Assembly: GCA_002269645.1 (NCBI GenBank)
Contig: NIVC01003414.1
Coordinates: 1-64,000 of the forward strand
DNA length: 64,000 bases
Reading direction: 5' to 3'
Origin: Macrostomum lignano
Lineage: Eukaryota
A program made the position numbers and the translations under genes. The notes below the pieces were generated by a model. It was given only the letters and a program-made list of their open reading frames with translations, did not search any database and was not told the origin of the DNA. Each line of letters opens with the position of its first letter. Positions within the stretch are counted from its first letter, which is position 1. Positions 10,676 through 22,249 of the stretch are shown here, piece after piece.

Positions 10676-12892
10676 TGATGTAACCACGCTCTGGTCGCGG
10701 GATAGGGCATGGGAACTTTTTCGAAAGTGCCTCCTATCCCGTGCACCCTCTGCACAGAGCTGTCGAGACTCGGCCAGGTCTCCGACCGGGCCTGGAGACT
10801 CCCGCTCTGCTGCACCCCTCCTGCTGCCTTGGTCCCGTCTCTCCTGCCGCCACACCTGCCTTTCCGGAGCCCCTACCCCTTTCTGTACCTCCCCCTCTAC
10901 CCTATCTCTTCTGTTCCCGCCCTATTCTTCCTGTACTTTCTCTACCTCCTCCCTTTTTTTGTCTCCCTCTGCACTCTTTTCCTGCGCTGTCCCCTCTTTC
11001 CCTGTGTCTACTTACAGTACTTTGTGTGCTCACCGTCTCCCCATCCCCTCTCAAACTCCCAAACGGTGACGCAAGTCGTGTGACCCCTTCTCCCCCTCGG
11101 TGACTCATCGATGACTCATCCCCCTCTCTTGCGCAACCTTTTCTCACGCTATTGTTCTCCTTCCCAAATTTCTCATGTGACACCCACCCCACCTCCGCTT
11201 CTATTGTTCTCGTTTTTGCTTCTTTTGTTCTCTCGACCCCCACCAATTATCACATTTTCTCCGATTTTCTCTTTCTTTTGTTCTCGTTTTCGCACCTAAT
11301 TATCACCTTTTCTCCAATGTTTACTTTTCCATTGTTCTCAGTTTTCCCCAATTATCCCCGATTTCCAATTCCTTTGTTCTCGACCCCAGCCCTATTGTTC
11401 TCAATGTTTGCTTGCGCAACACTTTCGCGACCACCCGCTGCGCCAATTATCCCCCCACCCCACCTCCGGATTGCGCAATTTCCCGATTTCTCATGTTGCT
11501 ATGCCGGTCTCATGCTTCTCATCATGACTCATTCTGACGTCATTCTGCCGGCAGCCAATCAGAGAGAGGGAGCCATGGTAACGACCTTGAGGAGGCGGCT
11601 GTGAGGTCTATAAAAGGAAGCGATTTCGGCATGAGAATACTCAACTGAGTTTATCTCTGTTCCTCTCCTCGTCCTTCTTTGGACTTGCTGTCAGATTGAG
11701 TTCTGACCCATTCGTCTATAAGACGAATCCCTGCCGGTCCGCGGTCTGTTACCGCCAAGTTATCCTTAGCTCCCCAAGTGAGCTCGCCTATCGGCCAGCG
11801 GTCTGATACCGCCCGCATCATCAGCATCGCCTGATCTACATCAGCGCCTCGTCGCTCCAGCGCATCGCCGCTTCACCGTCTGCCTGACTGCAGCCTACAG
11901 CCGCCCTCGGTCACTCCGCCTCTCTCTCTCTCTGTGCAGCTGCCGGTAAGTTCCTGCTACTAATTTGTGCTCTAATTGCCTTTGCTTATCCGGGGTTTGC
12001 CTATTTTCCATTGTCTGATTAGAGAGCTGAGCCAATTGTGATACCGTATCTTTTGCTGTATTTTACTCAATAGTGAAGCCGCCTAATTGCCTGCTTATTT
12101 GCCTAAGGGCCTAATTATTAACTATTAACTAACTTCATCATTATTCAATCTTTCACCATCATTTCACTCATGGCTTGCTAAGCCTTTCTCCCGGGGTGGC
12201 AAAGCATAAGGAAGTTTGGGTAAGCTAATGGCCTCTCCCCGTGCAAAGCCCGCCTGTGAGTGCGTGCTGCGGGGCCGCGTGTGCGTGCAGTAGAGGGATT
12301 AGCGAGCCTTGGCACAGAATGGCAGTAGGAAGGTTGCAACCCCATGCTAACGCGTCCCTTCGCCCTGAGCAATCTAAACTGTAGACAGTACATGTTCGCC
12401 TCATACTACTCTTAGTAAACAAAGTCGCAAGCCAGCCTCGCTCACAGCCACAAAGGATCCCCTGCTGAGAAATCCTCCAGGATTGAGCCCAGAGTTCCCG
12501 ATCATGCCCCAAGCAGAGTCCCTGTACTCGGCTGCATGCGTCTCCCCTGTTAGCCTAAATCCCCTGGTAACCAATCCAGGCGGGGCTCTAGCCTCGAGAG
12601 GTCTGGTAGAAAGATCCAGGTGCGCCAGGTCACATAGAGTGGTGGCAGCCACTCGGTCATACCATGACCGAGTGACCAACTATTGCACCTTGGCTACAGG
12701 TGGGGTCCATGTGGGTCCTTGGCCCTCTGGTCACGAAGCGCTACCAAAGCTACTAATCATGTGGGCGGGACAGTCTGGTGCTGGAGGTCCGTCAGGTCAT
12801 TGCCCGGTCATAGGCAGCCTACGGTCATTGCCCCCTCTAGCCATGCGTTCGTCTCTCTACGGAGCGGACAGGCGACAAGGGCGGTTACATCA
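10676..12892 (+). repeat. 3' LTR (2217 bp)
   Basis: Near-identical to 1629-3845. Confidence 0.95.
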
Positions 12893-13041
12893 AAATGGTG
12901 GCAGCGGTGGGATCTGGTGCAAACAGTGCTGAGTTTCGGACTGGTGGTTTAGATGTGACAAGCGCACCTGTGGCATCCCTCAGAATGGTGGCCGAAGCGC
13001 AAAGAGTGCCATGTCTAAATCTACCAATCGCGGTTACATCA

Positions 13042-13370
13042 CGGAAGTGAAAGGGAGACGATACAGAATGACCGGAAGTGAAAGGGAGGCCAGACAGAAT
13101 GACCGGAAGTGACAGGCCAGACATAATGACCGGAAGTGAAAGGGAGACGATACAGAATGACCGGAAGTGAAAGGGAGACCAGACAGAATGACCGGAAGTG
13201 AAAGGGAGACGATACAGAATGACCGGAAGTGAAAGGGAGGCCAGACATAATGACCGGAAGTGAAATGGAGGCAATACACAATGACCGGAAGTGAAAGGGA
13301 GGCCAGACAGAATTACCGGAAAGGGAAAAGGAGGCTAGCCAAAATGACCGGAAGTGAGGGAAGGGAGGCA
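13042..13370. repeat. Continuation and end of the 31-bp minisatellite
   Basis: Same unit as 1-1628, decaying into unique sequence near 13330-13380. Confidence 0.9.
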
Positions 13371-13954
13371 AGTCAACATTCCCATTAGTATCAGAACAGC
13401 CGGTATGTTCAGAAAAACCCAAATTTTATATACTGGGAGCTAAAGTTAATTTATAAATTAGGCAATCACCAGGCGCATAGGAAATGTATTTATTTAGGCG
13501 AGGAATTTTAATCAATAAATAGTATGAACGGCTTAAGGAGAAATTTTTTGCATGAATTTTCAGCAATACAAACCCAGTGCTGCACGCCTGCAGAAGATAG
13601 TGAGAATACGTGTAGATCTGATAGAGAGCAGTAACCTGGTGTTAAAAACTGGATTTGCAGTAAAACAAAACTCGCTGAAACAGAGAATTACTTGGAGCAT
13701 AATTAGATTAATTAGCCATGCGGCTGTTAAGGGATTTTAGCTATTAAAAAAAATTGAACGACAAGTCCACGAGCCAAATACACGGGCCACTCGGAACATT
13801 TGCGTGTAAGCTACTTTCAGTAGAAGTTAAATATAAGCAATTTTTTGTTTTTCAGGACACGACTTGGCTGTATTGGAGTCAGTATTCTTTCTGACTATTG
13901 GAAATGCTACCCGAGCGGCCCATATAGTTATCATAGCATTTGCAGTCATAGCAG

Positions 13955-15008
13955 TTACTGCTGAGGCGGCGGGGGCACCACAACCACGGGCCTGCGGCTG
14001 TGCGAGATGACAAACTCGCTAACTGAGCCCAGGATTGTGCGGCGAATAGTGCCGAGGCCGCGCGTTCCCATGACAACCAGGTCGGCCTTCTCCTCGGCTG
14101 AGGCGTCCACCACGGCCGGGCCGGGGCTCAGCGAGTCGGCGTACTTCCACCTGCGGGCGGCCGAGAGTCAGTGCGCGTGCACCCACAACTGAGTTCATTG
14201 GCTTACTGGATTAATGCGCCACTCTGCGCCGCTGTGGGGCACATATTGTGGAGTTGGAGACTGTAACTATTTCTGCATGTCTGCCTGCCTGTCTGAGTGT
14301 CTGTCTGCCAGCCTGTCTGTCTGTCTGTAAACCTGCCCTAGTGTCTGTCTATCTGTTTGTCAACCTGCCCTAGTGTCTGTCTGTCTGTTTGTCAACCTGC
14401 CCTAGTGTCTGTCTGTCTGTTTGTCTGTCTGTTTGTCAACCTATCCTAGTGTCTGAGTGTCTGTCTGTCTGTCTGTTTGTCAACCTATCCTAGTGTCTGA
14501 GTGTCTGTCTGCTTGTCAACCTGTCCTAGTGTCTGTCTGCCTGCCAGCCTGTCTTTGTGTCTGTCTGCCAGCCTGTCTGTCTGTCTGTCAACCTGCCCTA
14601 GTGTCTGTGTCTATGTCTGTCAGAATGCCCTAGTGTCTGCCTGTCAGTCTGTTCTAGCGTTTGTCTTAGTGCCTTTGTTAGTGTTTATCTGGCTCTCTGC
14701 CTCAATGCCTGCCCGCCAGCCGACCTGCACTGCATGCTGTGTTGCTTGCACTGCTCCATCATGCTCTCCTCCAGCCGGGCCACCCGCTTTCTCAAGCTCT
14801 CCTCGGCTTGTCGAACGTCGCTATCGGATGCCGGAATTCCGGTGGGCGCCACCAGGTGGCTGGGCAGGCTGCCAGTGTGGAAGAGAATCACATCCTCCCC
14901 TGGCGTGGCCAGGTTGGTGCGGTACCAGTCGAATGCGTTCTGGCTGTGGCTGGAGCCGTCAACAGCAATCAGCACCCTCTGCTGCGGCTTGGAGGACTGG
15001 CCACCCAT
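13955..15008 (-). CDS. Universal stress protein (UspA domain), copy 1; exons 15008-14725 and 14150-13955; 159 aa
   Basis: RVLIAVDGS motif in exon 1; ADLVVMGTRGLGTIRRTILGSVSEFV...PVVVVP in exon 2; GT-AG phase-2 intron gives a continuous frame. Confidence 0.92.
14280..14700. repeat. (TGTC)n-based low-complexity repeat in the USP copy 1 intron
   Basis: TGTC runs interspersed with CCTAGTGTC. Confidence 0.9.
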
Positions 15009-15313
15009 GATGCAAAATAGGCTGCAGTGGGGGAAATTGGACTAGGCTAAACTACTGACCACGAAGACGAACTTCTAGCCATCTGTAGCAATTAGAAAAC
15101 TTTCATAATTTAGGTACCCAGCATCATAAAACTAATGCCAAGCCAGGTTATAGCAACTGTCTGTCATACATGTACATGTACACTAATTACATCAACTATG
15201 ATATAGATGAAAGGCTTAAGAATAGTTACAAGCAGAAAAGATCATGTCAGCACATAGTTCAGTAGATTTTATCTATACCCGCTAGACTTCTAGTAAAATT
15301 ATTAAAAGAAGTA

Positions 15314-15399
15314 TTTTTATTTATTAGAGGCAGGGGGGTTGTGTGCACCCTGGCGCACTTTAGGCGACATAGGCACACAACCGGCGAGAGGTAATATAG
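15314..15399 (-). mobile_element. 5'-truncated copy of the SINE seen at 62370-63372
   Basis: Matches the SINE 3' end (62371-62455). Flanked by a 13-bp TSD ATTAAAAGAAGTA (15301-15313 / 15400-15412). Confidence 0.75.
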
Positions 15400-16139
15400 A
15401 TTAAAAGAAGTAATATTACTTATTCAATTTTGGTAATGGCATATTATACTAAATAAGAGAATTTGTATCATAACCCATTTACACTTTGACTTTATATGAA
15501 AATGCCAGCATAAATAAGTTTTATTAACTACATTAATTTCTTATAAAGTTTTTTAGCCAAGGTCTCTACAATCAGACATGTAAAACACCCAAAATTTCAA
15601 AACTGCCTCTTAAAAATGATTGAGTTTTTTGTGCAAGTTATTATTTAAAACTTCAAAATTATACCCTCTAGATACTCGTAAAAACTTGGTTTATAATGGA
15701 ATTGGAAAGAAAACAGAAAAAGAAGAGACAACAGGAGAAAAATGCAATAACAAAGAAAGTACATCTTTGTTGAAACAAAGTTGCATAGCTAGTAGTAATT
15801 AATAAGGTTTGGGCATATATGATCTCTTCTTTCCTCTTTCAATATAAAGAAAGAGTTGTCCTTTTATACCTTTCTGAAGGGGTCAATTTTGCAACATACC
15901 TTTAGTAAACAAGTATAGTAGATAAGATTATATAAAAATCAGATGGGCCTAGTCTGAATATTAAGGCTTTCTAGAAATTTCATTATATCCGAATAAATAA
16001 AGAAACAAAAATTCATTAAAAATGGGTTGCTATATTACATAAATTGATTATATCTAATTACTTATGTATTAATTTTTGCAAAAATGATTTTATTAACCAT
16101 ATCATTATGGAATGCAAAATAGGTGTACCAAGAATTAAG

Positions 16140-17720
16140 TTAAGTGAGGTAAAGGGAGGCTAGCAAAATTGACTGAAGTGAGGGAAAGGGAAGCTAGCAA
16201 GAATGACCAGAAGTGAGGGAAAGGGAAGCTAGCAAGAATGACCAGAAGTGAGGGAAAGGGAAGCTAGCTAGAATGGCCAGAAGTGAGGGAAAGGGAAGCT
16301 AGCTAGAATGACCGGAAGTGAGGGAAAGGGAAGCTAGTTAGAATGGCCGGAAGCGAGGTAAAGGGAAGCTAGCTAGAATGACAGGGAGGGAAAGGGAAGC
16401 TAGCTAGAATGACCGGAAGTGACGGAAAGGGAAGCTAGCTAGAATGACCGGAAGTGAGGGAAAAGGGAAGCTAGCTAGAATGACCGGAAGTGAGGGAAAG
16501 GGAAGCTAGCTAGAATGACAGGGAGGGAAAGGGAAGCTAGCTAGAATGACCGGAAGTGAGGGAAAGGGAAGCTAGCTAGAATGACCGGAAGTGACGGAAA
16601 GGGAAGCTAGCTAGAATGACCGGAAGTGACGGAGAGGGAAGCTAGCTAGAATGACCGGAAGTGAGGGAAAGGGAAGCTAGCTAGAATGACCGGAAGTGAG
16701 GGAAAGGGAAGCTAGCTAGAATGACCGGAAGTGAGGGAAAGGGAAGCTAGCTAGAATGACCGGAAGTGACGGAAAGGGAAGCTAGCTAGAATGACCGGAA
16801 GTGAGGGAAAGGGAAGCTAGCTAGAATGACCGGAAGTGACGGAAAGGGAAGCTAGCTAGAATGACCGGAAGTGAGGGAAAGGGAAGCTAGCTAGAATGAC
16901 CGGAAGTGACGGAGAGGGAAGCTAGCTAGAATGACCGGAAGTGAGGGAAAGGGAAGCTAGCTAGAATGACCGGAAGTGAGGGAAAGGGAAGCTAGCTAGA
17001 ATGGCCGGAAGTGAGGGAAAGGGAAGCTAGCTAGAATGACCGGAAGTGAGGGAAAGGGAAGCTAGCTAGAATGACCGGAAGTGAGGGAAAGGGAAGCTAG
17101 CTAGAATGGCCGGAAGCGAGGGAAAGGGAAGCTAGCTAGAATGACCGGAAGTGAGGAAAAGGGAAGCTAGCTATAATGGCCGGAAGCGAGGGAAAGGGAA
17201 GCTAGCTAGAATGACCGGAAGTGAGGGAAAGGGAAGCTAGCTAGAATGGCCGGAAGTGAGGGAAAGGGAAGCTAGCTAGAATGACCGGAAGTGAGGGAAA
17301 GGGAAGCTAGCTAGAATGACCGGAAGTGAGGGAAAGGGAAGCTAGCTAGAATGGCCGGAAGTGAGGGAAAGGGAAGCTAGCTAGAATGGCCGGAAGTGAG
17401 GGAAAGGGAAGCTAGCTAGAATGACCGGAAGTGAGGGAAAGGGAAGCTAGCTAGAATGACCGGAAGTGAGGGAAAGGGAAGCTAGCTAGAATGGCCGGAA
17501 GTGAGGGAAAGGGAAGCTAGCTAGAATGACCGGAAGCGAGGGAAAGGGAAGCTAGCTAGAATGACCGGAAGTGAGGGAAAGGGAAGCTAGCTAGAATGAC
17601 CGGAAGTGAGGGAAAGGGAAGCTAGCTAGAATGACCGGAAGTGAGGGAAAGGGAAGCTAGCTAGAATGACCGGAAGCGAGGGAAAGGGAAGCTAGCTAGA
17701 ATGACCGGAAGTGAGGGAAG
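16140..17720. repeat. 35-bp minisatellite (GACCGGAAGTGAGGGAAAGGGAAGCTAGCTAGAAT), about 45 copies
   Basis: Periodicity read directly. It occupies the paralogous position downstream of USP copy 2. Confidence 0.95.
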
Positions 17721-17769
17721 GGAAAGCAAGTTAACTTTCCCAGTAAAAGTATCATAATCAGAATTAAAA

Positions 17770-18067
17770 TAAATAATAATTGATTACACCTGCACTAATG
17801 ACCAGATGTGCAACCGACAGCTCAGCCGCAGCTATTGCGCGGCGCATCTGAAGGCTACGTACGGCTGTTCAGTCCAAGGACTGGGGGGTCGTCATACACA
17901 CCCTCAATTTCCCCAGCTAATGCTGGCACCCATTTTACAGCTGGGTGAACTGAAGCAATGCAGAGTTAAGTGTCTTGCTCAAAGTGTTTAAGTGGCATCG
18001 GGAATCGAACCCCTGGCCTTCAAGTTGAGTCCGACGCTCTACTCTAAGCACTAGGCTACAGCCCTAT
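17770..18067 (-). mobile_element. tRNA-derived SINE with a CORE-like central domain
   Basis: Head GGCTGTAGCCTAGTG (A box) and GGTTCGATTCC (B box), then TTGAGCAAGACACTTAAC...CAGCTGTAAAATGGG. AT-rich tail and possible TSD AATTAAAA. A decayed copy lies at ~31385-31480. Confidence 0.75.
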
Positions 18068-18691
18068 AATTAAAAGAAACTCGCAAAAACAGAGAATATT
18101 TTCAGACTTTGCCTGGGAGCTAAAGGTAATTTCGATAATCACCAGGCGTAATAGGAAATGTATTTACTTGGGCAAATAATCTTGATAAAGCAAAAGTATC
18201 AATCGACCCTGTGCCGCACGCCTGCAGAAGATAGTGAGAATAGATCTGATAGAGAGCAATAGGCTGATGATAAAACCGAATTTGCAGTAAAAAAAAACTT
18301 GCTGAAACAGAGAATTTGTTGGATCACGATTAAATTAATTAGCTATGTGGGTATTAAGAGATTTTTGCTATTAAAAACTAAATAAAAAGTCTACAGAACA
18401 ATTTGTCTAGAACAGATATGCAAACAATTAATGGATACTGTAATAACTTAACTAGATAGGCCACTCGGCACATTTGCGTGCAAGCTACTTTCAGTAGAAC
18501 GTTGAATAGAAACATTTAATCATTTTTAAGACAAAAGAACTCGTTTATTTGCGCTGGCTACAAACCCAACTGGCATTTTCTTTTAAAAAATAGCTTACAT
18601 ATCCTTCCTTGCTACTGAACTGACAGTAAGATAAGCTGCTATGCTACCCGAGCGGCCCATATAGTTATCATAGCATTTGCAGTCATAGCAG

Positions 18692-19891
18692 TTACTGCTG
18701 AGGCGGCGGGGGCACCACAACCACGGGCCTGCGGCTGTGCGAGATGACAAACTCGCTAACTGAGCCCAGAATTGTGCGGCGAATAGTGCCGAGGCCGCGC
18801 GTTCCCATGACAACCAGGTCGGCCTTCTCCTCGGCTGAGGCGTCCACCACGGCCAGACCGGGGCTCAGGGAGTCGGCGTACTTCCACCTGCGGGCGGCCG
18901 AGAGTCAGTGCGCGTGCACCCACAACTGAGTTCATTGGCTTACTGGATTAATGCGCCACTCTGCGCCGCTGTGGGGCACATATTGTGGAGTTGGAGACTG
19001 TAACTATTTCTGCATGTCTGCCCTAGTGTCTGTCTGTCAGCCTGCCCTAGTGTCTGTCTGTCTGTCTTAGTGTCTGTTAGCCTGCCCTAGTGTCTGTCTG
19101 CCAGCCTGTCTGTCTGTCTGTCAACCTGCCCTAGTGTCTGTCTGTCTGTTTGTCAACCTATCGTAGTGTCTGAGTGTCTGTCTGCCTGCCAGCCTGTCTT
19201 AGTGTCTGTCTGCCAGCCTGTCTGTCTGTCTGTCTGTTTGTCAACCTATCCTAGTGTCTGAGTGTCTGTCTGTCTGTCTGTTTGTCAACCTATCCTAGTG
19301 TCTGAGTGTCTGTCTGTCTGCCCTAGTGTCTGCCCCAGTGTCTGCCTGCCCTAGTGTCTGTCTGTCTTACTGTCTGTTAGCCTGCCCTGCCCTAGTGTCT
19401 GTCTGTCTTAGTGTCTGTTAGCCTGCCCTGCCCTAGTGTCTGTCTGTCTTAGTGTCTGCCAACCTATCTGTCTAAGGTTGTCTGCCTGCCTGTCTTAGTG
19501 TCTTTCTGTCTGTCTGTCTTACGGTTTGCCTATCTCTATCTGTCCATCTTAGTGTCTACATGTCTGTCTGTCTGTCTGCCTCAACGCCTGCCCATCAGTT
19601 TTTCCACCTGCACTGCATGCTGTGCCGCTTGCACTGCTCCATCATGCTCTCCTCCAGCTGGGCCACCCGCTTTCTCAAGCTCTCGTTGGCACGTTGAACA
19701 TCGCTATTGGATGCCGATATGCCAGTGGGCGCCATCAGGTGGCTGGGCAGGCTGCCAGTGTGGAAGAGAATCACATCCTCCCCTGGCGTGGCCAGGTTGG
19801 TGCGGTACCAGTCGAATGCGTTCTGGCTGTGGCTGGAGCCGTCAACAGCAATCAGCACCCTCTGCTGCGGCTTGGAGGACTGGCCACCCAT
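18692..19891 (-). CDS. Universal stress protein, copy 2 (tandem paralogue); exons 19891-19608 and 18887-18692; 159 aa
   Basis: Same exon sizes (284/196 nt) and motifs as copy 1, with a modest number of substitutions. Confidence 0.9.
19010..19590. repeat. (TGTC)n-based low-complexity repeat in the USP copy 2 intron
   Basis: Same motif family as 14280-14700. Confidence 0.9.
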
Positions 19892-21049
19892 GATGCAAAA
19901 TTTGGCTGCAGTGGGAAATTGGACTAGACTAAAATTTAGGTACCTAGCATCTCAGAATTAATGCTGAGCCAAATAATAGCAACTTGAAAATATATTGCTG
20001 ATATAATTATATGTAGCTAGTGGTCAACTAGGATGGTAAACTCTATTAAGAGTTTAAGCATATGATAGACTTTTTAAAGGAGTCAATTATGAGCCACAAG
20101 TTTAAAACCCTAAACAAAATCATCTCTTAAAATGCAAACTTCTTAGTCTTTAATTCCCTAACTCCTAATTTATCCCTAATCCCTTCATTTCATTTACAAG
20201 CCACAACACTAATACTCAACTTTTGACTTGTTCCAAATCTTTGTCACATAAAATCTAGTATTTGTTATTTGGATTGTCAACTTGTCTATTCCAAATTGAA
20301 CTGAATATTTGGTCAATTTGATACAATTCTAAATATTTGTCCTATCTCTATACCTAACCTCATTTTATAATGCAAAAATAGGAATGAAAGCACAGTAGTA
20401 GTGCAAGCAAATTTTTTGAGGAAAGGGCCAATTTGAGAGTCTAAAGCTCTAATGGGGAAAGAAGGGGTGGCTCTTGATTATAGCAAAAATTTGCTTGGTC
20501 CCCACCTTTATTTTTTCTGGTCTTTGCCTAATGAAGGGGGCGACTGCCTTTTCCTATCTCCTCTAGTTCTACTATTATGCAAACATTAAATATTAAATTA
20601 ATATTCAAGACATCTGGTTTAAAAAAGACAAAACAGAAAAAAACTAGATAATTTGCTTTTTATTTTTGTTTTAACTTTGATATGGCCTTTTAAGGATAGA
20701 TACAAAAATCATGCATTATATTGCTTAAACTATGTATTTATGCTATAACTAAACTAGATCTTTCTTATAATTTTAAAATCAGATGCCTTTTGGCCCTTGA
20801 TTTTGCATTTTTAATTATATATACATTGCTACACTAGAACTATTAGACTATTTCATAGCTTGATAAATTTTAGGGTTAAGTTTAAGTTTTGTTGGGCTAA
20901 GTAAAAGGCTATTACTTTAATTAAAATAATTAGTATAACTTAAAAACATTTAGAATCAATTAAACTTGAGTTTGCACCACTCAGTCCCTAAATTAAAACT
21001 CTAATATTTTAGATAGCTATTGTGTCTACTAATCTCTAACTATAAAAAT

Positions 21050-21750
21050 CAAAACTCTGTCTGTCTGTCTGTCTGTCTGTCTGTGTGTGGACAATTTTGA
21101 TCGCTATGGACTCCCAAACCACTCAACCAAATTACACCAAACTTTACACCCACCCTAAACTCACTACGGAGAATGTCTTAGGCTACCTTTTAATTTCCTA
21201 GACTCAAGTCTTCCTACCTAAAAGTACAAAAAACTGCTCAAAATGCGCGATTTTTTCACTAAATCCTCCATAGCGCCGCTCCACTTCTACCGATTCTCTT
21301 CAAATTTGACACAGGCAATTTTCAACTATTTTGACACAATCGTGTAAAATTTTAAACCTCAAAGTTAATCCTGAAAGCCGCTGTGCACTTTTAAAGTTAG
21401 GCTGTTTTTTTCAGCGTAGCAACCACCCCAACCTCCGCCCGCCTGCCTCTCTTTCCCGATCTGGCCTGGGCCCAGATGTGTAAAAGGGTTTCAAAATTGA
21501 CTAACTTTCAGCTGCCATAAGTTTTCTCCACGTAAAGCGATTGACTTCAAACTTGACACAATTCTTCATTGACTCATTCTCTATCTAAATGTAAAGTTTC
21601 AACTCTGTAACTCAACAGAAAAAGAAACTGTAAGCATGTGAAGTTTGTCTGCTTTTTCTGTTGTTTGTGCCACTCACTCACTCATTCCCCCAGAGCCAGA
21701 CGAAGGGTCAGGCAATAGGACTGAATGTACATAGCGAATGTACAGTGTTT
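21050..21750. mobile_element. Possible Helitron/Helentron-like non-autonomous repeat
   Basis: (CTGT)n microsatellite followed by repeated CCGATT...TCAAA(C/T)TTG-type blocks and a GC-richer end. Resembles DINE-1/HINE layout by recall only. Confidence 0.35.
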
Positions 21751-22249
21751 TGGAATAACTTTTTAATAGCCTTCTCTGCACCCCCAGAGTGGAGAGGCTA
21801 CGTTTAGCCATGACAGTTTAGTGAGAAATTCTAACCACTGCCCTCCCCTCTGTATTGGCAAACTCTGCAGCAGTTTAACAGTGGATGGCAATTGGCAATT
21901 GGCAAATCGAGGGAATCCACTAACCAGCATGGTTTGTAAAAGCGAAAGATTTATGAAAAGGCGATGCGATGCAATGAAATACATACAATCCTACTAAATT
22001 AGGCACACCATGGAAATTTTAGGTTTCGTTTAAAGGTACCGTGTAAATTTTAAATGGCCTTCTAAGAAATGCGTATTTCCTTGGTTGTTAGACTGATGCA
22101 GACTGCAGTGGAGCTGAAGATACCCAAATTCCTTTCAGGGCTGCAAATTTGCAAGAAAAATGACTGACGTGATCAAAGCATGATAACAACCATGAGAGTA
22201 CTACGTCTCACAAACTGGCTTTCCAAGCAGGGATGGGCAGACTTTTACC

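Larger units (their letters stand above)
1629..13041 (+). mobile_element. Non-autonomous Ty3/gypsy-type LTR retrotransposon (gag + protease only), inserted in the minisatellite
   Basis: Termini TGATGTAACC...GGTTACATCA, 4-bp TSD CGGA (1625-1628 / 13042-13045), two near-identical 2217-bp LTRs, PBS, PPT, gag and retropepsin ORFs. No RT, RNase H or integrase ORF is visible. Confidence 0.93.
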
